This document shows positions 1 to 9,892 of a stretch of 64,000 bases of DNA, in pieces. This DNA comes from Flavobacteriales bacterium. GTDB lineage: Bacteria; Bacteroidota; Bacteroidia; Flavobacteriales_D; Parvicellaceae. The translations under genes were made by a program, and so were the position numbers. The stretch covers positions 20,244-84,243 of the forward strand of contig JAGYKU010000003.1 of assembly GCA_018401455.1 (NCBI GenBank). The letters run 5' to 3'. The notes under the pieces were generated by a model. The model searched no databases and was not told where the DNA came from. It worked only from the letters and a program-made list of their open reading frames with translations. The first letter of the stretch is position 1; every line of letters starts with the position of its first letter.

Positions 1-1170
1 ATTAATAGGTTCAGTCCAAGTGGTGTCATTGATTTTTTCGGCATAAAAAATATCGAAATTTCCATAGCCTAAATGCCCTTTAGATGCAAAATACAATCTA
101 TTTCCGTCAGGTGTGATAAAAGGACTGTCTTCATCTTTGGAAGTGTTGATGGTAACGCCTAAATTTCTAGGTGCTGACCAATTTCCTGTTGAGTCGATAG
201 AACTTTTGTAAAGGTCAAAACCTCCATTTCCTTTCTTTGCATCACTTGAGAAGTAAAGCGTTTTTCCGTCTGCACTAAAACATCCATGTCGTTGATGTTT
301 ACCAAAGTTAATCGTTTTTGAAAACATTTCCGGTAACGTCCATTGATTCGATTCATATTTGGATAACCAAAGATTATTTTTTCGATAAATGATAAGTGAA
401 TCCCCTGTGATTGAACTGCTCACGATGGCATTGTGATATTTGGAATCACTAGAAATATTTTCAAATTCACTGAGAGATGAAGAAATATCCGAATCTACAA
501 AAATTTTGTTTTTTTGCTTGCTGAAAAAGATGTTTTCGAAGGAAATGATGTCGTTTTTTTGTTCGAGATTTTCGCTGTTTCTTTTGGTGAATAATAGAAA
601 AGAATCTTTCATCAACGGAACAGAGCAATATTCTGAAAATTCTGTATTCACTTTATCACCCATATTGATGAATTTTCCATCCCATAGTTTTTCTGGTTTG
701 GTCAAAGCAAATTCACATTGGTTAATTTTATTTTCAATATCTGCTTTAAGATTATCATTATTGAAAATAGCACGTTTAAATTTTTGATAAAAATCGATTG
801 CCATTTCATAATCTTCCATTTGATGATTACATTCTGCTATGAATTTATATACTTCATAGACCGTATCATTGGGCATGTGCTCGTAGGCTTTGTCAAAATG
901 CAATTTTGCTTCCTGATAATTTTGATTAATTTCGAAATGCAAGATTCCCAATTCAAGATGAGCATCAAAATGTTCTTGATTTTCTTCAAGCATTTTCTCG
1001 TAGTGATATTGAGATAATTTGAAGTTGAGATTATTCCAGTTTTTTCTAGCTTCTTTGAGTTGCAAAGGTTTTTTATTGAGTTGCGCCATTGAAATACTAG
1101 GAAGGCATATCATAATGCAAAACATCAGAAATATTGTATAAAAAAGATTTATTTTTTTTGAAATTGACAT
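1..1170 (-). pseudogene. PD40 (TolB-like beta-propeller) repeat protein of the Bacteroidota OmpA/PorE-like class; several frameshifts; runs off the window start
   Basis: Minus strand 1-180 reads WSAPRNLGVTINTSKDEDSPFITPDGNRLYFASKGHLGYGNFDIFY, a typical PD40 repeat. There is a signal-peptide-like stretch near 1090-1130. No continuous ORF, so the start is approximate and the frameshifts may be assembly errors. Confidence 0.65.
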
Positions 1171-1372
1171 TTCAATTTATCATAAAGGTTGGACTGCTTG
1201 TTACGTGAAATTATGTCTAAGGTTACAAAAAGAATCTTTCTAAAAACTAATCTGAATAATTCTTGAGTATATACGCTATCAGATTAATTCTCAATAAAAA
1301 CTAGAAAATATTCATTACTTTTCGATAGAAATAATGTATTTTTGGAGCCAAATTAATCAATCGACAAACAAA

Positions 1373-2434
1373 ATGCGTTGTATAATACTTTTTAGTTTAC
1401 TAACCTTATTCATGTTTTCTTGTGATACTTCTGAAAATGTAAAACACGAAGGGGTGGAAACTTTAACTCAAGACTACTTAAAAGCGTCTGGAGAAACTCA
1501 AGGGACTACCTATAGTATTACTTATCAAGATCCCAACAACAGAAATTTAAAACCTTCTATTGACAGTTTGTTAGCTGCTTATGATTTAGAACTTTCAACT
1601 TATGTTCCAAGCAGTATTATTTCAGAATTGAACAAATCTGAAGAGCATTCTTTTTCTTTAGAGAAATATTCAAATAGTACAAATTTTATCGATTGTTACA
1701 ACAAATCTAAAGAAATATATTACAACACCAATGGAACTTTTAACCCAGCGCTTTATCCTGTGATAGATTATTGGGGATTTTATGATGGAAATCAATTGGA
1801 GAAAATTTCATTAGAAGAAATTGATAAATTGCTCTCTTTCACAAGTTTTGGTGAATCAGAATTTTCATTAAAAGGAAAAGTGCTTTCTAAAAAACATTTA
1901 GAATCTAAACTAGATTTTAATGCGATTGCTCAAGGTCATTCTGTAGATGTAGTTGGTGATTTTTTAAAATCAAAAGGCATTGAAAACTATATGGTTGAAA
2001 TTGGCGGAGAAGTAAAATGTCAAGGTCTCAATCCTGATGGGAATGAATGGACAGTAGGAATCGAAAAACCAATCGAAAATGCTGAGCCAGGTTCAACAGA
2101 TTACCAGTTTATTGCAAAACTCAAAAATATGAGTCTTGCAACCTCTGGAAATTATAGAAAATTCTATATGATTGACGGAAAAAAGTATGCTCATACCATT
2201 AATCCAGTAACGGGATATCCCGTAAATCATAATTTACTGAGCGTTACAGTTATTGCAAAATCATGTACTCAGGCAGATGGTTATGCTACTTCTTTTATGG
2301 TGATGGGATTGATTAATTCAATAGATTTTATCAATAATAATCCAGATTTGGAATTGGAAGCTTATTTTGTTTTTGATAATAATGGCACTTTAGACTTTAC
2401 TGTTACCAAAGGATTTGATAAGTATATAAAGTGA
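1373..2434 (+). CDS. apbE: FAD:protein FMN transferase (ApbE family lipoprotein)
   Basis: Lipobox FMFSC; motifs LDFNAIAQG, EIGGE, ATSGNYR, HTINP, ADGYAT. Start placed at ATG 1373 (ORF track starts at 1334). Confidence 0.93.
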   Translation: MRCIILFSLLTLFMFSCDTSENVKHEGVETLTQDYLKASGETQGTTYSITYQDPNNRNLKPSIDSLLAAYDLELSTYVPSSIISELNKSEEHSFSLEKYSNSTNFIDCYNKSKEIYYNTNGTFNPALYPVIDYWGFYDGNQLEKISLEEIDKLLSFTSFGESEFSLKGKVLSKKHLESKLDFNAIAQGHSVDVVGDFLKSKGIENYMVEIGGEVKCQGLNPDGNEWTVGIEKPIENAEPGSTDYQFIAKLKNMSLATSGNYRKFYMIDGKKYAHTINPVTGYPVNHNLLSVTVIAKSCTQADGYATSFMVMGLINSIDFINNNPDLELEAYFVFDNNGTLDFTVTKGFDKYIK

Positions 2435-2445
2435 TTTTTTGTTTC

Positions 2446-2502
2446 GAGAATCAAGACTTTATGATTTAAGACGCAAGACAAAGGACTATAAGACTCAAGA
2501 CT
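2446..2502. repeat. Degenerate ~7-bp periodic array (nnnAAGA) downstream of apbE
   Basis: gagaatcaagac...ttaagacgcaagacaaaggactataagactcaagac. Confidence 0.6.
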
Positions 2503-2667
2503 TAGTCAGTGAGATGGAAAAAATACTAATTATGTAAAAAAACTTTCAATAGATTGGCTACTTTTTTTATCATTCGTAGCAATAGCGAAGAATTAAGCCT
2601 TCAACAATTATAATAAAAGACCTCACAGTTTTCAAATAGAAAAAACATTAAAAATCATTGCCGAATT

Positions 2668-2871
2668 TTATGGTAAAACGGGCGTTTCAGATAGACATTT
2701 CTCATCTGGTCTTGCGCCACAAACGCTACAACTTTCTCCTTCTTGATTGAATAAAGGGCTGTTACTAGCACAAGTCCCAGAGAATTTACCATCTTTTTTA
2801 GCCCATATTTTGATGGCAATGCCCAATATTGCAAGTCCTAAAAGTGCTATGGTAAGTAAAAATAATTTCAT
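2668..2871 (-). CDS. Small Cys-rich single-TM membrane protein (NqrM/DUF539-like)
   Basis: N-terminal TM helix, then GTCAS...CSVCG...C; convergent with apbE. Confidence 0.6.
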   Translation of the reverse strand: MKLFLLTIALLGLAILGIAIKIWAKKDGKFSGTCASNSPLFNQEGESCSVCGARPDEKCLSETPVLP

Positions 2872-2950
2872 GATTGTACTTTCTTAAATTCTTAATTCAT
2901 TACAAAGGTACCGAATCAAAAATAAAGTGCTTAAAAAATGGGTTAATATC

Positions 2951-3475
2951 TTAACTATAAATATCAAGTAATCCTTCAGGAATTTTCACGAATAACTTCT
3001 TTTCAGTCTTATCCACTTTTATAAAACTTTGATCGTTAAGGGGAATAAGCGCTTCATTTCCTTTGTATGCCACTTCGAGTAAAGTATTAGATGGGTTTTC
3101 TATGATGTCTAATATTTTGCCAATTTCTAAATTGTTTTCATCAAAAAGTGAAAAACCTTTTACTTCGTGATAGTAAAATTGGTCATCATTTAGTTTGGGC
3201 AATTCAGTTAGTGGTAAATACACTTTTTTCTTAACGATTCTTTTGGCACCGTCTTCATCTTCTATGGTGTCGAATAATACTCTTAACTGATTGTGCTTGT
3301 GAACAGCACTCTTTTCAATGAAATACGGAACCAATTGATTGTTGATTTCCAAAAATACCATTTCTAAATCATAGTAATTATCTGGTTGGTCACTATCAAT
3401 ATGAAGAATAACTTCTCCTTTAAAACTAAATAATTTGGAAATAATCCCTAATTCAAAACAATCTTCTTTCTTCAT
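2951..3475 (-). CDS. rimM: Ribosome maturation factor RimM
   Basis: LGIISKLFSFKGEV, LPKLNDDQFYYHEVKG, IPEGLLDIY. Confidence 0.95.
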   Translation of the reverse strand: MKKEDCFELGIISKLFSFKGEVILHIDSDQPDNYYDLEMVFLEINNQLVPYFIEKSAVHKHNQLRVLFDTIEDEDGAKRIVKKKVYLPLTELPKLNDDQFYYHEVKGFSLFDENNLEIGKILDIIENPSNTLLEVAYKGNEALIPLNDQSFIKVDKTEKKLFVKIPEGLLDIYS

Positions 3476-3608
3476 TTTCCTGTTATTATTTCACAAAAAT
3501 AACATTATCCAAATAGATTTTAATGTAAAAAGTCTTATTCTTCAATTTTGTGTGAATAGAATTAAAAAAATTCAAAAAAACTACGTTCAATATTTCTTGA
3601 AATATTTT

Positions 3609-3899
3609 TTACCTTTTCAAAAGAGCTTCCAAAGCGTCAATATGCTTGGTGAACTCATGTTTTCCAATTTTGGTGGCGCTGTAACTCGTCATAGGTTTTT
3701 TGCCTACAAATTGTTTTTGTACTTCTACGTATTCTAATTTTTCCAAAGAAGCAATATGACTCGCCAAATTTCCATCAGTCAGTCCCAAAGTTTCTTTGAG
3801 TTCGTTATAATTTACCCAGTCTTTTACCATTAAGATAGACATTACACCCAATCTTACCCTGCTTTCAAATGCTTTATTTAACTGGTTAAAACCTTTCAT
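3609..3899 (-). CDS. Winged helix-turn-helix transcriptional regulator (HTH_34/ArsR-like)
   Basis: FESRVRLGVMSIL, LTDGNLASH, KQFVGKKP. Confidence 0.88.
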   Translation of the reverse strand: MKGFNQLNKAFESRVRLGVMSILMVKDWVNYNELKETLGLTDGNLASHIASLEKLEYVEVQKQFVGKKPMTSYSATKIGKHEFTKHIDALEALLKR

Positions 3900-3904
3900 T
3901 ATTT

Positions 3905-3979
3905 TTTAGTCGTTAGCTCTTAGTTTTTAGTGGTTAGTCGTTAGTTCTTGGTGAAACAACGAACCACAAACCACAAACT
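3905..3979. repeat. Two abutting 7-bp periodic arms filling an intra-operon spacer
   Basis: TTAG at 3906, 3913, 3920, 3927, 3934 and 3941, followed by aaacaac-gaaccac-aaaccac-aaac. Confidence 0.85.
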
Positions 3980-4621
3980 TCAAACTTTCTTCTCATATTT
4001 ATAATACATCCATGCGCCATAAAAGATATGTAACAACCCAAACCCAATAGTCCATAAAAGCAATCCATATCCAATATATAAACAGCCTATTAATCCAAGT
4101 AGAATTTCACAAAGACCTAAATACCTCAATTCTACAAATGAATATTTACTAGCACTAAAAAGTCCCAAGCCATAAAATAATAATGTGATGGGCGCAACAA
4201 ATCCAAATAATCCATTTTGAATAAATATAATTCCTAAAATGCCTCCAGTAATTAATGGTACTGCTAAATTCGACATCATTAGCTTAGCACTATTATCCCA
4301 TATTTTTAGGTTTTGTTTTTTTGCTTTTCTTGATGTGAAAATAAATCCAGTGATAAGAGATGCTACTAAAACAAGTAAAGCAATTCCAGCTAGGAAATAT
4401 ATTTTAGCGGTAGGTTCCTCATCGCCTCCCATCGACCTAACATATTTTGCATAACTAATGCTCCCTGCCTTAAAATCAAAGTAAACTATAGCAGCCCCAA
4501 TGAGTGCATAAATTCCAGCAAAAACTCCTGACAATCCACTGAGAGAGAGAAATCTTGAAGAACGCTCCATCAGACTTCTGATGTGCGTTAAATCATCTAA
4601 ATGTTTTTTGTTTTCATTCAT
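3980..4621 (-). CDS. Conserved multi-pass membrane protein, co-oriented with the wHTH regulator
   Basis: IRSLMERSSRFLSLSGLSG start, about 6 TM segments, GFGLLHIFYG end. Confidence 0.8.
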   Translation of the reverse strand: MNENKKHLDDLTHIRSLMERSSRFLSLSGLSGVFAGIYALIGAAIVYFDFKAGSISYAKYVRSMGGDEEPTAKIYFLAGIALLVLVASLITGFIFTSRKAKKQNLKIWDNSAKLMMSNLAVPLITGGILGIIFIQNGLFGFVAPITLLFYGLGLFSASKYSFVELRYLGLCEILLGLIGCLYIGYGLLLWTIGFGLLHIFYGAWMYYKYEKKV

Positions 4622-4686
4622 AAGAAAGCACTTTGTAGTTCAAAGTTAAAATAAAAACATGAACTTGCAAGGCAAATTTGTTGAAA

Positions 4687-4714
4687 GTTCGGAGTTCGAT
4701 GTTCGGAGTTTGAA
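4687..4714. repeat. 7-bp periodic array (GTTCGRW)
   Basis: gttcgga-gttcgat-gttcgga-gtttgaa. Confidence 0.65.
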
Positions 4715-4856
4715 AATTGAAGGTCAAGATAAGTCATTGCCTTTAATGATAAAGTCCAAAACGAATGAATTAGTAGTTTACCTCAACTATGTATTAAAAA
4801 CACTGACTGTATTACACTTTTAAACTTTAATGAAGAGTTTATAGAATTAAAGTTTA

Positions 4857-6743
4857 CTATTTCAAACCCAGTAATTGGTCGATAGAATTGTAAGAAACGA
4901 AATGATAATTAGGTTTTGCTTTTTTGTAGATAGCAATTGCCTTTTCTTTTCCTTCTGGCGTTGCAGCTAATGCTGTATAGAGTGGCATCAAGAATTTACG
5001 TCTTCCTATTTTTATCAAAAATGCTTCTAGTTCTTTATCTATATTATCATAACCAAAGTTGATGCTTTTTTCAAACCAGATAGCTGCAATTTCACTGTTT
5101 CCAGATTGAGTCAATTTGAAAGCATCATCTAATAATTTCATTTGTTCTGGAGTTGTACCTTCTTTTAGGTTTCTAATAAAATGTAACCATTCATGTGTTG
5201 TCCAATCTTTTGAAAAAATAGAACTATTCACATCGTTAGTCAAATAAAACTGTTCTAAATTCGCTTCAACAGCATTGAACAATTTACTTACAACCTTTGG
5301 GCAATTTTCTGGCAAACCAGATGAGTACATCCATTCATCGATATTTACTTGTAGTTTATGAGGTTTGATGAGGTTTGTTTCTAAATAGCCTTTGAACTCC
5401 TCCGTTGTAATAGTTTTGAACTTATAAGATTCAAAATATCCTTTTAGAAATGCATCAAAATTGTCACGGCCAGCAGTTTGTTCTAATAATCTTAAGAAAA
5501 AATACCCTTTTTCATAAGCAACGTCTGTCATTCCGTCATCTGGATGCTTCATATTAAGTTGCAATTTTAATTTTTGCATATCAGTTTCTTCTTCACTCAT
5601 AGTTCTAACCAAATCTTGATACCCCAAAAGCGCAAGCATATCTGTGTAATCTTTACCAAACATTGCTTCCATGATTCTTCTTTCGAAATAAACTGTAAAA
5701 CCTTCGTTGAGCCAGAAATCATTCCAAGTAGAATTCGTCACTAAGTTTCCGCTCCAAGAATGCGCCAACTCGTGTGCAATCAAAGCCACTAAAGAACGGT
5801 CACCAGCAATGATAGTTGGTGTAGCAAATGTAAGTCTGGGGTTTTCCATTCCTCCAAAAGGAAAACTTGGAGGCAACACAATCACATCATATCTGTCCCA
5901 AAGGTATTTTCCATATAACTTTTCTGCTTCGTTTACCATTTCACCCATATCAGCCAATTCGTATGCACAATCTTTTAGCATAGAAGGTTCAGAATATACA
6001 CCTGTTCGGTGATCAATTGGAGCAAATTCTAAATCTCCCACTGCTAATGCTATTAAGTAACAAGGAATGGGTTGAGGCATATTAAATTCATAAATCCCAG
6101 ATTCATTTTTTTCTACGGGGTTGGTAGCAGACATTACAGCAAGTAACTGATTAGGAACTTTCACTTTTGCACTGTATGTAATTCTGATAGCAGGAGTTCC
6201 TTGAAGTGGTATCCAACTTCTAGTAAAGATTGATTGCCCTTGCGTGTACATAAAAGGTTGTTTTTTGCCTGCAGTTTGAGATGGAACTAACCAATCCAAA
6301 GCTTCCGTTTTTTCAGTTGTTTCATATTTGATGGTAACTGTTTCTGTATTCTCATTAATTCCAACAAATAATGGTGTGCCAAGCAATTCGTCATAATCAC
6401 CCATAGTGAATTCCGTATTTTCTTCACCATTTAATTTCACATTAAGGATATTTAATCCTTTGGTATCAAACACAATTTGGTCTGCACCAGTTAGGTTTTC
6501 AATAGTATGAGTAACGCTTCCAGTAATTTGCTTGTTTTCAAAGTCAACCTCAATGTCTAGGTGTAGATGTTTAGTTCTAACATCCATATAATTTGACAAA
6601 GTGTGCTGATCTAAAGTGGTGTCAACTTCACTTAAAGTGGAATCTTTATCATTAGAGTTGGGTTTTGTATCTTGATTTTCTTCAGAATTATTGCATGCAG
6701 AAAATATTATAATGCTAATTAAAAGTGCTGAAATGTATTTCAT
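4857..6743 (-). CDS. M1 family aminopeptidase (leukotriene A4 hydrolase-like), lipoprotein
   Basis: GGMEN, HELAH...NEG zinc motif, YEKG, LTA4H-type C-terminal GRRKF; lipobox FSAC. Confidence 0.95.
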   Translation of the reverse strand: MKYISALLISIIIFSACNNSEENQDTKPNSNDKDSTLSEVDTTLDQHTLSNYMDVRTKHLHLDIEVDFENKQITGSVTHTIENLTGADQIVFDTKGLNILNVKLNGEENTEFTMGDYDELLGTPLFVGINENTETVTIKYETTEKTEALDWLVPSQTAGKKQPFMYTQGQSIFTRSWIPLQGTPAIRITYSAKVKVPNQLLAVMSATNPVEKNESGIYEFNMPQPIPCYLIALAVGDLEFAPIDHRTGVYSEPSMLKDCAYELADMGEMVNEAEKLYGKYLWDRYDVIVLPPSFPFGGMENPRLTFATPTIIAGDRSLVALIAHELAHSWSGNLVTNSTWNDFWLNEGFTVYFERRIMEAMFGKDYTDMLALLGYQDLVRTMSEEETDMQKLKLQLNMKHPDDGMTDVAYEKGYFFLRLLEQTAGRDNFDAFLKGYFESYKFKTITTEEFKGYLETNLIKPHKLQVNIDEWMYSSGLPENCPKVVSKLFNAVEANLEQFYLTNDVNSSIFSKDWTTHEWLHFIRNLKEGTTPEQMKLLDDAFKLTQSGNSEIAAIWFEKSINFGYDNIDKELEAFLIKIGRRKFLMPLYTALAATPEGKEKAIAIYKKAKPNYHFVSYNSIDQLLGLK

Positions 6744-6959
6744 TTTTGAAATTTTATCTATTTAAAATATGACAACTAAATTTTTTCGAAACACAAATGT
6801 AATATTTTGTTTTTGTTATCAAATAATTAATAGACGTAAGAGTATATTACATCGTTCAAAATGTAGATTCTATAAATTATTTATGCAATTTGTTATTAAA
6901 AAAAGGCGCTAGCATAAAATAAAATACTATTTTCGGGGCTCAATTTATAAAAAAAAGGT

Positions 6960-8789
6960 ATGAGTTCAACAAAAACCAACTATACAGAACAATTAAGAGT
7001 AATGGGTCATCCTGCGGGATTATTTGTTTTGTTTTTTACCGAGATGTGGGAAAGATTCTCGTATTATGGAATGCGAGCGATTTTAGTGCTCTTCTTAGTA
7101 AGTGCTGCTGGAATTGGCGGTTGGGAATGGAGCAACGCTGAAGCTTTATCACTATATGGTCTTTACACAGGATTGGTATATGTAACTCCGATTTTTGGAG
7201 GAATGATAGCCGATAAGTTGCTTGGATATAGGAAAGCAATTATGTTGGGCGCTTTTTTAATGACTTTAGGTCATGCAGCGTTAGCATTAGAAACTAAATG
7301 GGCATTTTATTTAGGTTTGGCACTTTTAATTTTAGGAAACGGTTTGTTCAAACCCAATATTTCATCAGTAGTAGGTGGTCTTTACAAAAAAGATCCCGAA
7401 AAGAGAGATGGAGGTTATTCTATTTTTTATATGGGAATTAATGCAGGGGCATTTTTAGGAATGATGCTTTGTGGTTTCTTAGGAGAGATAGTTGGGTGGA
7501 GTTATGGATTTGGATTGGCTGGTGTATTTATGTTGGTCGGGATGATTATGTTTTATTTTGGTCAAGGAATTTTTGATCAAATTGGATTGAAACCAAAAGC
7601 AGAGTTAACAGAAAGGGAAAAAGTTTTAGATTCTATTGTTAATGAAAATTCTGAAGATATTTTGGACACTCCAGAAGTTACTTCTACTTCTGATGATGAA
7701 GAAAAAGATCCTAAAATTATTAGAGACAGATTAATGGTTATTGGAATTCTTGCCTTCTTTACCATTTTCTTTTGGGTAGCATTTGAACAAGCGGGCGGTT
7801 CTATGACTATTTTTGCAAGTAGTTTTACGGACAGAATTCTTTCAGGAAGTTCTGCTACAACATTTACTATAGTCAATACACTGATAACAATTATTCCTTT
7901 GGCTATAATAACGTATGTGTTAATTATGTTGGCTAGAGCAACCGTAAAGAAGTTTGCTGTAATGGCTTTGTCATTGTCTTTCAGTTTCTTGATTATTTGG
8001 GGTATTGTAGGATGGAAAGTAAACAAAGAATTAAACACTGTAGCTTATGAAGTTTCTTATGTTGCAGAAATTGAAGATGAAAAAACTGGAGTTGTAAGTC
8101 AAGTAGATACAACAACAGTAGTAAGAACTGATAATAAAATTGAAGTTGGTAGCACAATAAATATCTTAGATGTTGATAATAAAGGAAATTTCAGAAATAT
8201 TTCTGACGAAATTGCAGAAAGAACACCTCAAAGTACAACAGGAGAGGTAAAAGAGGTTTTAGATAAGGAATTAGAAGTGCCGGCTTCTTGGTTTGGAGTT
8301 TTAAACTCTCTATTTATAATTTTGTTAGCACCTGTTTTTTCTAAAATATGGAGTAGTAAATACAATCCCACTGGACCCGTTAAGTTTGGAATTGGTTTGA
8401 TTCTCTTAGGAGCAGGATTTGCTATATTAGCATTCGGAAGTATGACTATTCCTAATGGTGCAGAAACTGCTCAAGTAAGCATGATATTTTTGATTTTAGC
8501 ATATCTTCTTCATACAATGGGAGAACTTACAGTTTCTCCAGTAGGTTTATCTTATGTAAGTAAATTATCACCTGCTAAGTTAGTAGGGTTTATGTTTGGG
8601 ATTTGGTTTTTAGCTTCGGCTATTGCAAATTATATTGCTGGTATGTCAGGAAGTTATATCGATAAGATATCTGAGGAATATGGGCTAACCGTTTTCTTCT
8701 TAATATTCACTGCGATACCTGTTGCTGCTGGTTTGGCAGTGATGGCAATGAATAAATTCCTATTGAAGAAAATGCACGGAATTAGATAA
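6960..8789 (+). CDS. POT/PTR family proton-dependent peptide transporter (MFS)
   Basis: EMWERFSYYG, GNGLFKPNIS, FYMGINAG, GELTVSPVGLS. Confidence 0.95.
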   Translation: MSSTKTNYTEQLRVMGHPAGLFVLFFTEMWERFSYYGMRAILVLFLVSAAGIGGWEWSNAEALSLYGLYTGLVYVTPIFGGMIADKLLGYRKAIMLGAFLMTLGHAALALETKWAFYLGLALLILGNGLFKPNISSVVGGLYKKDPEKRDGGYSIFYMGINAGAFLGMMLCGFLGEIVGWSYGFGLAGVFMLVGMIMFYFGQGIFDQIGLKPKAELTEREKVLDSIVNENSEDILDTPEVTSTSDDEEKDPKIIRDRLMVIGILAFFTIFFWVAFEQAGGSMTIFASSFTDRILSGSSATTFTIVNTLITIIPLAIITYVLIMLARATVKKFAVMALSLSFSFLIIWGIVGWKVNKELNTVAYEVSYVAEIEDEKTGVVSQVDTTTVVRTDNKIEVGSTINILDVDNKGNFRNISDEIAERTPQSTTGEVKEVLDKELEVPASWFGVLNSLFIILLAPVFSKIWSSKYNPTGPVKFGIGLILLGAGFAILAFGSMTIPNGAETAQVSMIFLILAYLLHTMGELTVSPVGLSYVSKLSPAKLVGFMFGIWFLASAIANYIAGMSGSYIDKISEEYGLTVFFLIFTAIPVAAGLAVMAMNKFLLKKMHGIR

Positions 8790-8808
8790 AAAAAGACTCT
8801 ATTATATC

Positions 8809-8837
8809 AAAGGCTCGAAATGTTTCGAGCCTTTTTT
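8809..8837 (+). terminator. Rho-independent terminator
   Basis: aaaggctcgaaa-tg-tttcgagccttt followed by a T tract. Confidence 0.85.
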
Positions 8838-8891
8838 GTTTTATTATGCAAAAATTATCACTTTTTTATTTCGGTATTTAAAAACCTTTTA

Positions 8892-8899
8892 TACTTTTG
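8892..8899 (+). promoter_or_regulatory. Bacteroidota -7 promoter element for tRNA-Ser
   Basis: TACTTTTG matches TAnnTTTG, 16 nt upstream of the tRNA. Confidence 0.6.
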
Positions 8900-8915
8900 C
8901 AGTCCATTCAAAAAA

Positions 8916-9000
8916 GGAGAAATGGCAGAGTGGTCGAATGCGGCAGTCTTGAAAACTGTTGTGCGGCAACGTACCGGGGGTTCGAATCCCTCTTTCTCCG
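8916..9000 (+). tRNA. tRNA-Ser (anticodon UGA)
   Basis: Acceptor GGAGAAA/TTTCTCC, anticodon arm GCAGT-CTTGAAA-ACTGT, long variable arm, GGTTCGAATCC, G discriminator. Confidence 0.96.
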
Positions 9001-9011
9001 CAATCAAAACG

Positions 9012-9041
9012 AAGGTCTGATGTTTACATCAGACCTTTTTT
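9012..9041 (+). terminator. Terminator after tRNA-Ser
   Basis: aaggtctgatgt-tt-acatcagacctt followed by a T tract. Confidence 0.85.
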
Positions 9042-9084
9042 ATTTCCTGTAATTTGATGAATTAGTATTTTATAAGAATAAGAA

Positions 9085-9690
9085 CTACCTCCTTGAAAAA
9101 CCTATGACAAAAGCGGCATTGGAGCCTCTGAGAGTTGTCCCAACGGGGTTTTGTCTTATATCAATTAAACCTCCACTGAATCTTAGTTCAGGAGATATTA
9201 TTAGGTAGTTTAATTCTATATCTACACCGAAAGCAAAGTCCAAAGATAAAGTTGTTCTTGTAGCATAATTATTAGAGTTTTCCTCAATGAGAGGAACTCT
9301 TAAATTTGGTCCGAAATAACAATAGGGTTTTGCAATTCCGTTATATCCTTTCATTCTATACTTAAAGTGAGTCATAAAATTTAGGTTGTTGGGATCCACT
9401 CTATAAGTTACGTTGTTTTCAATAATATTGCTATTATTAAAAGATAACTCCATTTTTGGTTCTATAAACCAATTTCTTTTTAAATGGAAACTTGAAGTTA
9501 CTCCTAATCGAAACCCAAATCCATTTTCAATTTGCAACTCATCAGTAGCGTTATGATTCCATAACGAAGAATAATTTGTGCCAAAATTAAAGCCAAATGA
9601 AGGTTTATATTTAAATGAAGTATCTGTTTTTTGTGAATAACAAGTGTATGCAAAGAAAAAAACAAATAACAAAGAACTAACTCGATTCAT
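9085..9690 (-). CDS. Outer-membrane beta-barrel (porin family/PorT-like) protein
   Basis: Signal peptide; alternating beta-strand pattern GFNFGTNYS, GFRLG, ISPELRFSGGL. Confidence 0.7.
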   Translation of the reverse strand: MNRVSSLLFVFFFAYTCYSQKTDTSFKYKPSFGFNFGTNYSSLWNHNATDELQIENGFGFRLGVTSSFHLKRNWFIEPKMELSFNNSNIIENNVTYRVDPNNLNFMTHFKYRMKGYNGIAKPYCYFGPNLRVPLIEENSNNYATRTTLSLDFAFGVDIELNYLIISPELRFSGGLIDIRQNPVGTTLRGSNAAFVIGFSRR

Positions 9691-9892
9691 AATTATGATT
9701 TTTATTGGTTAGGTATTTGTTCTTTTCGATTGAATTGATTTTTTGTTTTAACGTAGATAATTAATTTTTTATTGTATTCTTTTATGATTCCCCGCAAAGT
9801 TACCAGTAATGGTTTTTAAAATTATATTTAAATGTTTTAGAATACGTCAAATTAATTCCGAAGAAAAAATTAAATAAAACTAAACGCGCTTG

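Noticed and set aside
440-1017. Plus-strand ORFs 440-787 and 718-1017, and other short antisense ORFs in the track
   Set aside because: They are shadows of real genes on the opposite strand or in another frame, with no independent motifs.
8916-9000. Selenocysteine or suppressor tRNA
   Set aside because: Anticodon UGA reads Ser UCA. tRNA-Sec would need UCA and an amber suppressor CUA.
8820-9020. 66-aa ORF here, and the 101-aa ORF at 12773-13078
   Set aside because: They overlap tRNA genes and are spurious.
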